From assembly GCA_003194485.1 (NCBI GenBank), contig PQXD01000004.1, positions 90,822 to 154,821 of the forward strand: DNA of 64,000 bases. The letters run 5' to 3'. Of the stretch, positions 55,910-64,000 are shown one piece after another. The notes under the pieces are model-generated. The model made no database searches. It was given only the letters and a program-made list of their open reading frames with translations, and was not told the DNA's origin. The translations under genes and the position numbers were made by a program. Origin of the DNA: Deltaproteobacteria bacterium (lineage in GTDB: Bacteria; Desulfobacterota; Dissulfuribacteria; Dissulfuribacterales; UBA3076). Position 1 is the first letter of the stretch, and the number at the start of each line of letters is the position of its first letter.

Positions 55910-56410
55910 CTATTCCACAAAAGGCGTGACGGTCTCAGTTATGATCCTCTCGGCCTCATACCAGTCCTTCTGGTCCTCGCCATAGGCTCCTTCTCCTCCT
56001 CTCATCTCAAAGAGGCCGTAAGCCACGTTAGCTATCCATTGGTATTTTGTCTCTTCCGGCATCTCATCCTTAAACATCAAATAGGCCATATCTGTCCCTG
56101 GAGCACCCTGAATCTGTACACCTCTTACCGGGTTGGATGCCTCTTCATCCCTTATGAGATATAAGGCCCTGGGCACTTTTACATCATGGACCAAGTGGGC
56201 CAGATTATCAGTATCCATGCCTCCCAAATAGATACCTACTCTTCGTTCCTCTGGATCATAGGCCAGGCCGACCAGGGGCATACCGGGTTCCCCGACTGCT
56301 GCTTCTTCTCCCAGGGTCAGAGTGGCCCTCCTGAACTGATTTTGACGATTAAAATCCCTGACGAAACTCGGCCATTCATTCTTCAGGATACGCATCTTTT
56401 TTGCAGCCAT
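55910..56410 (-). CDS. Hypothetical protein (DUF5335-like N-domain + DUF2934-like C-terminal motif)
   Basis: GGAGG lies 8 nt upstream of ATG 56410. The C-terminal IANVAYGLFEMRGGEGAYGEDQKDWYEAERII fits the DUF2934 pattern. Domain names are from memory, not searched. Confidence 0.5.
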   Translation of the reverse strand: MAAKKMRILKNEWPSFVRDFNRQNQFRRATLTLGEEAAVGEPGMPLVGLAYDPEERRVGIYLGGMDTDNLAHLVHDVKVPRALYLIRDEEASNPVRGVQIQGAPGTDMAYLMFKDEMPEETKYQWIANVAYGLFEMRGGEGAYGEDQKDWYEAERIITETVTPFVE

Positions 56411-56502
56411 ATCCCTACCTCCACAAATAGTTTTAAGTAAGTAAGTAAGAAATATATGATAAATTTTTGTACTGTTTAGCCTTCTTGTCAAATCAAAAAT
56501 GC

Positions 56503-56521
56503 AAAAAAGGACATCATGTCC
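56503..56521 (-). terminator. Small terminator hairpin overlapping the EF-G stop codon
   Basis: The minus strand reads (TA)GGACATgATGTCC followed by T6. Confidence 0.55.
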
Positions 56522-58557
56522 TAAGAAACAGGATCATAATGGGAAAATACCATTGTGAAGGTGCCTCTGCCTCGGGTAATGGACCTGAGTTTTGTAGAAT
56601 AACCAAACATTCTGGAAAGCGGAGCAATCGCCCTGATAACCTGAATCGGTCCCCTGGGCTCAATCTGCTCGACTCTGCCATGACGACTGTTTAAATCACC
56701 GATTACTTCACCAATATATGATTCCGGAACCAGCACTTCCAAACTCATAATGGGTTCAAGGAGCACCGGGTCGGCCTGTTCGCAGGCCCGTTGCAGTCCT
56801 ATAGAAGCTGCGGCCCTGAAAGAAACATCAGTAGAGAGACCTTCTTCAAAAGAAGCGTCTTTTAATATTACCTCAATGTCTATCATGGGAAAACCCTTTA
56901 AAACACCGCTTTCGAGTCTCTGTCTTAATGTTTCCAAAATAAGATCTTCGTAACCCTCTGGCAGTCTTTCAGGTTGCAGTTCACTGATTACACGATTGGC
57001 GCCCCTCCTCTCTCTGGGTGAGACCTGGATGATTACAGTAGCTACTTGACGTCCGTCACCAATCAACCTGTCAAACCGCTCTTCTATCGTAACTGACTTC
57101 TGAATAGTCTCACGATAGACCACTTGAGGTCTGCCTATTCTCACAGGGACATTAAACTCTCTGGACAGCCTTTGGACCAGGATTTCCAGATGCAGCTCTC
57201 CCATGCCGGAGATGATTGTCTGGCCGGTCTCTTCATCGAATTTGACCCTGAAGGTAGGATCTTCCTCAGATAACTTATTAAGGGCCGAATCTATTTTTTC
57301 TTGATGTCCTATGGTCTTGGGCTCCACAGCAACTGAGATCACAGGCTGGTAGGTCTCAATGCGCTCAAGGAGTATAGGGTGTTTCGGGTCACAGAGCGTG
57401 TCTCCTGTTGTGGTATGCTTAAGACCCATAACAGCCACTATGTCACCTGCTCCGGCTTCCTTGATCCTTTCTCTCTTGTTGGCATGCATCCGCAAGATCC
57501 TGGCGACCTTCTCCCTATATCTTTTCCCGGGATTCCATACTTCATCTCCAGTCACCAATTTTCCGGAGTAGACCCGCACATAAGTCATCTTGCGCCCCTG
57601 ATCCATCTGAACCTTAAAGGCGAGAGCGGCAAGCGGGGCATTGTCCTGACTGAGACATTCTTCAACAGTATCCGTATCAGGTATTACGCCTTTTATTGGC
57701 GGTACATCCAGAGGGCTTGGCAGATATCTGACTATGCCATCCAGTACAGGTTGTACCCCCTTATTTTTGAGTGCGGAGCCGCAATAAACAGGGACACATT
57801 GAAGTCCGATGCAGGCCCGCCTGATGGCTTCATGCAGTTCCTTGTCGCTTATGGTTTCTTCATCCAGATATTTTTCCATTATGGCATCGTCTACGCCTGA
57901 AAGGGCTTCGAGCATATTTTCCCTGGCCTCAGATACTTTTTGCCCGTATTCTTCTGGTATGGGACTTTCTGTAAACTCTATTCCCTGAGTTGTTTCGTCC
58001 CATAAGACCAATTTTTCCTTAATGATATCGAATATACCCTGGAAAGAATCCTCGGAACCAAAAGGTAATGTCAGGATCAGCGGATAGACCCCCAACCGTT
58101 CTTTCATCTGTTTGATAGTGCCCCAGAAGTCAGCGCCGGGCCGGTCCATTTTATTGATAAAGGCGATTTTTGGGACTTTGTATTTATCTGCCTGGTGCCA
58201 TACGGTCTCTGACTGTGGCTCAACCCCTCCAACCGCGCAGAAAACCCCGACCGTACCATCCAATACCCTCAAAGACCTCTCTACCTCTATCGTAAAATCC
58301 ACATGCCCGGGAGTATCGATTATGTGTATCTCTTTTCCCAGCCAGTAACAGGTTGTAACCGCGGATGTAATTGTGATTCCCCTCTCCTGTTCTTCGGGCA
58401 TCCAATCCATGGTGGCCTGGCCATCATGGACTTCTCCCATCTTATGGGTCTTGCCTGTGTAAAATAGAATGCGCTCAGTGAGAGTAGTCTTTCCCGCATC
58501 TATATGGGCAATTATTCCTATATTGCGGATACGTTTAATCAGGTTTTCACGGGTCAT
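56521..58557 (-). CDS. fusA: Elongation factor G (stand-alone paralogue, outside the str operon context)
   Basis: IGIIAHIDAGKTTLTERIL, DTPGHVDF and NKMDR G-motifs. 678 aa. No rpsL/rpsG/tuf nearby. Confidence 0.9.
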   Translation of the reverse strand: MTRENLIKRIRNIGIIAHIDAGKTTLTERILFYTGKTHKMGEVHDGQATMDWMPEEQERGITITSAVTTCYWLGKEIHIIDTPGHVDFTIEVERSLRVLDGTVGVFCAVGGVEPQSETVWHQADKYKVPKIAFINKMDRPGADFWGTIKQMKERLGVYPLILTLPFGSEDSFQGIFDIIKEKLVLWDETTQGIEFTESPIPEEYGQKVSEARENMLEALSGVDDAIMEKYLDEETISDKELHEAIRRACIGLQCVPVYCGSALKNKGVQPVLDGIVRYLPSPLDVPPIKGVIPDTDTVEECLSQDNAPLAALAFKVQMDQGRKMTYVRVYSGKLVTGDEVWNPGKRYREKVARILRMHANKRERIKEAGAGDIVAVMGLKHTTTGDTLCDPKHPILLERIETYQPVISVAVEPKTIGHQEKIDSALNKLSEEDPTFRVKFDEETGQTIISGMGELHLEILVQRLSREFNVPVRIGRPQVVYRETIQKSVTIEERFDRLIGDGRQVATVIIQVSPRERRGANRVISELQPERLPEGYEDLILETLRQRLESGVLKGFPMIDIEVILKDASFEEGLSTDVSFRAAASIGLQRACEQADPVLLEPIMSLEVLVPESYIGEVIGDLNSRHGRVEQIEPRGPIQVIRAIAPLSRMFGYSTKLRSITRGRGTFTMVFSHYDPVS

Positions 58558-58657
58558 ATTATGAAGTACCCAGATATCCCAAATATTATTTGGATCAGTC
58601 GGCCTGCCGAAAGGTTAATCTTGACTTCAATATAATGATTGTTAAATTGTTTTCATT

Positions 58658-58957
58658 ATGAAAATCTCTTCAAATATTAACGGGAATTATTTACGTCGGA
58701 TGAGTCCGGTTTTAATTGCCGCCAGTTTTATTTTTCTTTTTTCAGCATGTCAAGATGCACAAGTCAAAGGTAAATATGACAATCCATATACCAGTGATGA
58801 AGTCAAAACAATGTTGTCCTATCATGGGGCACTTGTCGCCAAGTTTGACGGCAATCAGTGGTATTTCCTTTCCGGTAACCGATGGATCAAGCTGGAAAAT
58901 GCCGGGGCCTATAAATATGCTTTGCTTTCTTCCAGGCACAGGGCCTTAAAATTTTAG
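58658..58957 (+). CDS. Hypothetical lipoprotein (99 aa)
   Basis: Lipobox-like FIFLFSAC after a basic N-terminus. Confidence 0.5.
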   Translation: MKISSNINGNYLRRMSPVLIAASFIFLFSACQDAQVKGKYDNPYTSDEVKTMLSYHGALVAKFDGNQWYFLSGNRWIKLENAGAYKYALLSSRHRALKF

Positions 58958-58994
58958 TGCAGTGAGATTCATTCTTTCTCTCCTCGCGGCCTGA

Positions 58995-60776
58995 ATGAAG
59001 GAATTGGGAACGGAAAAAGTCCTCTGGGACCTCGGAGATCTGTATCAAGGCCCTGATGATCCCGGAATCCATGATGACATGGAGAGATGCAAGAAGTCGG
59101 CCCTTGATATTGCTGGCAGATATTCGGGCAAAATTGCAGAACTCACAGCTGAAGAACTCTTTGCTGCCGTGAGTGAATATGAAGACTTTATCGTTATTAC
59201 AGGAAAGCTCAGCGCATTTGCCCAGCTATATTTTTCAACACGTGTTAATGATCCAAAGGCCGGTGCTTTTTTACAGAGAGTCAATGAATTCTCCAGCATG
59301 GTAAACAAGGATGTAGTGTTTTTCGATATTGAGTGGGCAAATGTTCCTGATAAAAAGGCGGATGACCTGCTTGCCAATCCCATACTGGAGCACTACAGGC
59401 ACTATTTGCAGGCAGCCAGGCGATACAAACCTCATCTTCTTTCCCGGACGGAAGAACAACTTATAATTGAAATCAGTCCTGCAGGTCGTTCAAGCTGGAT
59501 CAGCTTGTTTGAAAAAGTCTTGGCGGCCCAGCGTTTTGGCAAAAAAGCCCGCACACAGGAAGAGGTCTTGACCGATCTTTACTCGCCGGACCGCAGGGTC
59601 AGGAAAAATTCGGCAAAAGAACTTACAGAAGGGTTGCGCAGCCAATTAACTGTACTTACCCATACCTTCAATACCGTCCTGTGCGACAAGATGATCAATG
59701 ACAGACTCCGGCGCTATCGTAATTGGGCCAGCTCCATTAACCTTGCAAATGAACTCGATGATGATACTGTTGATTCCCTGATCGCCTCCGCCCATTACCG
59801 TTATGACATAGTTCAACGTTACTATGGCTTAAAGCGCCGCCTGCTCGGGCTGGAAAAACTTTTTGACTATGACAGATATGCGCCATTACCTTATCTGCCT
59901 CAGCGGGTTGTAGATTGGGAAAAAGGCAAAGAGAAAGTTCTTGATGCATTTGAGAAATTCTCTCCCAAGATGGCCTCGATTGCCAATCTGTTTTTTGAAA
60001 GACGATGGATACATGCCCCAATAATGCCAGGTAAGACCGGAGGCGCCTTCGCACACCCGGTGGTTCCCCAGGTCCATCCTTATGTACTCGTGAATTACAC
60101 CGGAAATCTGAGAGATATTGAGACAGTGGCCCATGAGCTCGGACATGGTGTTCACCAGATCATGGCAGGCAGGCAAGGCTATTTAAACAGTCATATCCCC
60201 TTGGTTTTGGCCGAAACCGCCTCTGTTTTTTGTGAAATGCTGGTGTTTAAAGATTTAATGAAGGATCTGGAAAGGCCTGAAGAGAAATTGTGGCTCGCTG
60301 CCGCCAAGATTGAGTCTGTCTTTGCAACCGTATTTCGACAGGTCGCCATGAACAGGTTTGAAAATGAAGTCCACAACCGGCGACGTTCAAAAGGAGAGCT
60401 GTCTCCGGATGAATTTTCAGGCCTTTGGCTTAAGTCACAGGAGGAAATGTTCGGCAGCAGCGTGACACTGACCGATGACTATGGTGTTTGGTGGTCTTAC
60501 ATAGGCCACTTTATCCATACACCAGGCTATGTATATGCCTATGCCTTTGGAGAGCTCCTTGTCTTGTCTCTCTATTCCATGTATGAAAAGGGGAAAACCG
60601 ATTTTGTCCCGCTCTATTTGGAGCTGCTGGCTGCCGGAGGAAACGATACACCCTATGCGTTGCTTGAACCGTTTGGCATAGACCTCCATGATCCTGATTT
60701 CTGGCATCAGGGTCTGAATGTAATTGATGATATGGTAAATGAAATAGAGGAATTGGCCATTAAAATAGATATCTGA
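58995..60776 (+). CDS. pepF: M3B family oligoendopeptidase F
   Basis: HELGHGVH zinc-binding HEXXH motif. 593 aa, a length typical of PepF. Confidence 0.85.
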   Translation: MKELGTEKVLWDLGDLYQGPDDPGIHDDMERCKKSALDIAGRYSGKIAELTAEELFAAVSEYEDFIVITGKLSAFAQLYFSTRVNDPKAGAFLQRVNEFSSMVNKDVVFFDIEWANVPDKKADDLLANPILEHYRHYLQAARRYKPHLLSRTEEQLIIEISPAGRSSWISLFEKVLAAQRFGKKARTQEEVLTDLYSPDRRVRKNSAKELTEGLRSQLTVLTHTFNTVLCDKMINDRLRRYRNWASSINLANELDDDTVDSLIASAHYRYDIVQRYYGLKRRLLGLEKLFDYDRYAPLPYLPQRVVDWEKGKEKVLDAFEKFSPKMASIANLFFERRWIHAPIMPGKTGGAFAHPVVPQVHPYVLVNYTGNLRDIETVAHELGHGVHQIMAGRQGYLNSHIPLVLAETASVFCEMLVFKDLMKDLERPEEKLWLAAAKIESVFATVFRQVAMNRFENEVHNRRRSKGELSPDEFSGLWLKSQEEMFGSSVTLTDDYGVWWSYIGHFIHTPGYVYAYAFGELLVLSLYSMYEKGKTDFVPLYLELLAAGGNDTPYALLEPFGIDLHDPDFWHQGLNVIDDMVNEIEELAIKIDI

Positions 60777-60784
60777 TTAGGCTG

Positions 60785-61021
60785 TCAAAAGCTTCTTATT
60801 CGTCCGCAGTCAGGGCATATCCATATTGCGTTATTGCTCATGCCCCATATATTTTCTTTCAGGCAGTCGTCACAAATCTGAAAACCACAAGGGCAGTTCC
60901 AGCAAAAAGGCAATTCTCTGCCGCAGGCATGGCAGCGATAATGCTTAGGCCTGCCCCAGCGGGAACCTCCGGGGCGGATTCCGGGTTTCTCTTCTCTTTT
61001 GGTGTCAGGCACTGATGCCAT
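60785..61021 (-). CDS. Small cysteine-rich zinc-ribbon protein (78 aa)
   Basis: CHACGRELPFCWNCPCGFQICDDC...CPDCG. ATG 61021 avoids overlapping the mscS-like gene (the ORF track extends to 61135). Confidence 0.45.
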   Translation of the reverse strand: MASVPDTKREEKPGIRPGGSRWGRPKHYRCHACGRELPFCWNCPCGFQICDDCLKENIWGMSNNAIWICPDCGRIRSF

Positions 61022-61046
61022 GAAGCTGCTGCCTCCTCTTTGAGAT

Positions 61047-62114
61047 CTAATCCATATCTGCGGGAACGAGATGCACATCCCTCTGGGGGAACGGTATGGA
61101 GATACCTTCTTTTTTAAAGGCCTTGTAGGTGGCATTTATTAACTGGTGCGTCACAAGGCCCCTGTTCCTCGGGTCATCTACCCAGCACAGCAACTCAAAG
61201 TCTATTGACGAATCCCCAAACAGCCTTAGTCTTGCCCTTGGCTCCGGTTCTTTTGACACCATGGAATTGGACCTGGCTATATCCACGAGAATATTATCTA
61301 CCTTTTCCAGGTCGCTCCCATAGGCCACTCCCACCGGTATGCGTATCCTGAACCTGGGAACCGGAGCGCTTTCATTGATTATCTTGACATTTGCCAGTAT
61401 GGAATTGGGGATGGTGATAAGCACATCGTCTCTGGTCTTGATCCTTGTAGAACGAATGCCTATGTCCACGACTTCTCCCCTTTCCCCGGTATCGAGAATT
61501 ATGTAATCTTCCACCTTGAATGGCTTGTCCACAAATATGCTGATCCCGCCGAAGAAATTGGCAAGGGTGTCCTTTGCGGCCAGCGCAACGGCTATCCCTG
61601 CAATCCCGGCAGATGCAAACAGCGGCGTGAGGTTTACATTCCAGATTGTAAGTATCCACAGGATACCTATGATCACGATTGCAACACGAAGCATGTTCTT
61701 GAAGAGCAGAAAGACGTCTCGTCCGGTGTCCGCTCTCCCGGCTGCTATTGGAAAGCTCTTGTCTGATAGCCAGCTCGCTATTCTGATAGCCGCGATCCAC
61801 CACACAAAGAGGATCAGGCTCTTGGTAACCATTGTAAGAATATAGTTCCATGGAGGCCGCAGCTCCAGTAATATCAGCCCGTGCAGGATACCCAGCAAGA
61901 CCACTGTCCGGCATACAGGACCATGGACAAAAAATATCAGCTTGTCATCAAAACTGAACTTTGTAAGGCCTGCCAGGCGCTTTAAGATTTTGTCAATAAA
62001 TATGTCAGCAGCCTTGGCCAGCGCCAGATAGACCAGCACTGTGACCAGGGCTTCAAGGCCGGGCACGTCATGGAGTATCTTGAACCGGTCTAATAAGGGG
62101 TGTAAAAAATTCAT
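61047..62114 (-). CDS. Mechanosensitive ion channel family protein (MscS-like)
   Basis: TM helices followed by ALAAKDTLANFFGGISIFVDKPFKVEDYI, the MscS pore/beta-domain signature. Confidence 0.85.
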   Translation of the reverse strand: MNFLHPLLDRFKILHDVPGLEALVTVLVYLALAKAADIFIDKILKRLAGLTKFSFDDKLIFFVHGPVCRTVVLLGILHGLILLELRPPWNYILTMVTKSLILFVWWIAAIRIASWLSDKSFPIAAGRADTGRDVFLLFKNMLRVAIVIIGILWILTIWNVNLTPLFASAGIAGIAVALAAKDTLANFFGGISIFVDKPFKVEDYIILDTGERGEVVDIGIRSTRIKTRDDVLITIPNSILANVKIINESAPVPRFRIRIPVGVAYGSDLEKVDNILVDIARSNSMVSKEPEPRARLRLFGDSSIDFELLCWVDDPRNRGLVTHQLINATYKAFKKEGISIPFPQRDVHLVPADMD

Positions 62115-62115
62115 A

Positions 62116-62144
62116 TTGACACCAAACAGGTGCTATATTATATG
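62116..62144 (+). promoter_or_regulatory. Possible sigma-70 promoter of rpsT
   Basis: TTGACA (62116-62121), a 17-nt spacer, then TATATG, about 50 nt upstream of the rpsT start. Confidence 0.35.
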
Positions 62145-62192
62145 GCAACCTTGTCTTCAGACAAGCAAAATACATATTTATAGGAGGATAGA

Positions 62193-62477
62193 TTGGCCAA
62201 TCATAAATCTGCCTTTAAGAGGGCGCGTCAGAACCGAAAGCGTCAATTACGCAATAAATCCCAAAAGACCAGAGTAAAAAACGTCATAAAGGCACTTGAG
62301 GCTGCTATCAAAGAGAAATCACCCGCAGAGATCCAGGAGCATATGCATCTGGCTCAAAAGGTCATTGCCAAGGCGGCGGCCAAGGGCGCTATTCACAGGC
62401 GTAGAGCTTCACGGAATATTTCCAGGCTGAGCATAAAAGTTCACCGGGTACTGCTGACGGCTCAGGCATCTGATTAA
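62193..62477 (+). CDS. rpsT: 30S ribosomal protein S20
   Basis: MANHKSAFKRARQNRKRQLRNKS. TTG start with AGGAGG 5 nt upstream. Confidence 0.95.
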   Translation: MANHKSAFKRARQNRKRQLRNKSQKTRVKNVIKALEAAIKEKSPAEIQEHMHLAQKVIAKAAAKGAIHRRRASRNISRLSIKVHRVLLTAQASD

Positions 62478-63034
62478 AAAACACCTGTAATCCTGTGATA
62501 CACTATATCAGCCACGTCACGGCTGAGCTTCTGCAGGGCCTCATCCTTGAGGGATTCGGTCTCCATCACATCTCTCCCAACAACAAAACCTTCCTCTCTT
62601 ACAATATTACTGGTCTGCCATATGACCTTGCCGCTTTCGCGGTGTTTCAAGTGCAACGAGCATGTTGCGTAAATTCGTCGTTCAATAGTCTGGTCATATC
62701 GAATATAAGAAAGACCGTAGGTACTTATACTTACAATCTCTCCCTCAAGGATTACGTCGGCTTCATCCTTTGGAACAAGCTTCAGCCCTCTGCCTCTCAG
62801 AAATTCATGTCTGAGCTCTTCAGTAATCCAAACCCCAAGGAGAAGTTCGTTGCTGCGGTTTGTCCATGGTGCCACATATACGGTTTTTATCCATGAAGGT
62901 AATGACTCCACGCGCTCGGCACAATGGTATCCACAGCCTGATAGCGAGGTCCAGAAGATACCGATGGCAAAAACGGCAAGGACAAAAGGTCCCGTATGAC
63001 ATATACGAAAAACAATTTCAAGAATCCTGATCAC
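62474..63034 (-). CDS. lptE: LPS-assembly lipoprotein LptE
   Basis: Lipobox SLSGCGY. The size, and the position immediately downstream of leuS, are as in many proteobacteria. Confidence 0.7.
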   Translation of the reverse strand: MIRILEIVFRICHTGPFVLAVFAIGIFWTSLSGCGYHCAERVESLPSWIKTVYVAPWTNRSNELLLGVWITEELRHEFLRGRGLKLVPKDEADVILEGEIVSISTYGLSYIRYDQTIERRIYATCSLHLKHRESGKVIWQTSNIVREEGFVVGRDVMETESLKDEALQKLSRDVADIVYHRITGVF

Positions 63035-63059
63035 TTATAGATCTCTCAGTAAAAAATAT

Positions 63060-64000
63060 TTAATTCCTCACTACGATGTTTATCAGTCTCCCTGGCACAT
63101 GTATGATCTTCTGTACAGCCTTGCCTTCTGTGTACCGCTTTACCTTCGGATCATCCAGGGCCATATATTCGATGATCTCCTTATCAGCACTCTGAGCTAC
63201 CCTCAGCTGGCTGCGAAGCTTGCCGTTTACCTGTATCACGATATCTACAGTATCGGCCCGTGCGACCTCTGGATCTGCAGCAGGCCATGGTCCAAGACCT
63301 ATAGTCCCTTGATGGCCGAGAAGATGCCACAGTTCGTCTGCTATGTGAGGCACCATTGGAAAGAGCAAGATCAGCACTGCTTCCATGGCCTCTCTCAGTA
63401 CAGCCCAATCCCCATGTTGGTCAATCTCAGGAGTTCCATACTGGTTGAGGTAGGCCATTATCTCATTGATCAATTCCATGACCGCACTGATAGCCGTATT
63501 GAAATGAAAACGCTGTTCAATGTCTTCGGTAACTTTTAAAATCGTCTGGTGTGTTTTTTGTCTGATGGCCTTAGATGCCTTTGTCCCCTGGATCAGTGTC
63601 TCCTTGTCAGTCCGTGCCGAGGTCAAGCCCTCAAGATTTTCCGTAACCAGACGCCAGATCCGGTGCAGAAACCTGTGGGCGCCTTCAACCCCTTGATCGC
63701 TCCATTCAAGATCCCTCTCCGGCGGAGAAGCAAAGAGGATGAAGAGGCGGATCGTATCGACTCCGTAAATACGGATCATCTCATCAGGGTCAACCACGTT
63801 CCCTTTGGATTTGGACATCTTTGCTCCATCCTTGAGGACCATGCCTTGAGTCAAAAGATTTGTAAAAGGCTCGTCTGCCGAGAGCCATCCCAGGTCCCGA
63901 AGGGCCTTGGTAAAGAATCTTGCATACAGGAGATGTAATATGGCGTGTTCAATTCCACCTATATACTGATTTACAGGGAGCCACATATCCACCCTTTCTC
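63060..64000 (-). CDS. leuS: Leucine--tRNA ligase (C-terminal part; 5' end beyond window end)
   Basis: KMSKSKGN class I KMSKS motif and a C-terminal anticodon-binding region. The frame is open to nt 64000. Confidence 0.95.
   Translation of the reverse strand, partial: ERVDMWLPVNQYIGGIEHAILHLLYARFFTKALRDLGWLSADEPFTNLLTQGMVLKDGAKMSKSKGNVVDPDEMIRIYGVDTIRLFILFASPPERDLEWSDQGVEGAHRFLHRIWRLVTENLEGLTSARTDKETLIQGTKASKAIRQKTHQTILKVTEDIEQRFHFNTAISAVMELINEIMAYLNQYGTPEIDQHGDWAVLREAMEAVLILLFPMVPHIADELWHLLGHQGTIGLGPWPAADPEVARADTVDIVIQVNGKLRSQLRVAQSADKEIIEYMALDDPKVKRYTEGKAVQKIIHVPGRLINIVVRN

Noticed and set aside
60785-61135. The long (116-aa) version of the cysteine-rich ORF, overlapping the 3' end of the MscS-like gene by 89 nt.
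   Set aside because: An internal ATG at 61021 gives a 78-aa protein containing all the cysteine motifs without any overlap. The N-terminal extension has no features.
1-64000. I looked for tRNA, rRNA, tmRNA, RNase P and SRP RNA genes, transposase/integrase genes, toxin-antitoxin pairs, defence systems and prophage remnants.
   Set aside because: No T-loop/acceptor patterns (GGTTCGAATCC-like), no conserved RNase P or tmRNA strings and no recombinase-like ORFs were seen. A by-eye scan cannot fully exclude small RNAs; tRNAscan-SE and Infernal would settle it.

Overview
This 64-kb chromosomal segment looks like a sulfate-reducing deltaproteobacterium (Desulfobacterota, probably Desulfobacterales-like). 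Supporting signs are a canonical DsrC ending CKMAGLPKPTGCV, an MglA/MglB pair, sigma-54 regulation and low-complexity palindromic intergenic repeats. I call about 55 protein genes. Most are core functions: surE, gatB, mtnA, mreB, dnaJ, moaC, dksA, rpoZ, nadB, pgpA, cinA, thpR, tkt, skp, pal, an amidase, a polyprenyl synthase, rluB, pgi, an EF-G paralogue, pepF, rpsT, lptE and leuS. The rest are envelope-polysaccharide, c-di-GMP (GGDEF, PilZ) and type IV pilus-related genes. I saw no rRNA, tRNA, CRISPR array, transposase or integrase. The unusual content is mostly non-coding. (1) A modular, nested family of hairpin repeats occupies six loci. A 195-bp element with terminal inverted repeats (TIRs) and target-site duplications (TSDs) carries 185-208-bp core modules at a fixed internal hairpin. 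The arms and apical stem of those modules change by compensatory replacement, while a GCG(C/A)AGC mini-hairpin loop is kept in all five copies. (2) A perfect sigma-54 promoter lies between the stop codon and the terminator of an NtrC-type activator gene, which would give a CU-rich RNA of about 77 nt. Further downstream, three activator-site-like repeats and a second sigma-54 promoter precede a small secreted-protein gene. (3) A tightly overlapping operon runs mglB-mglA-unknown 525-aa acidic protein-TPR/PilB-like ATPase, and the ATPase frame is broken near its C-terminus. Smaller items are an ATP-grasp/zinc-ribbon pair, a YcaO-TPR gene next to dsrC, a K+ channel with a GYN filter, and several other intergenic hairpin repeat families. 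All functional calls rest on motifs read by eye; no database search was run.
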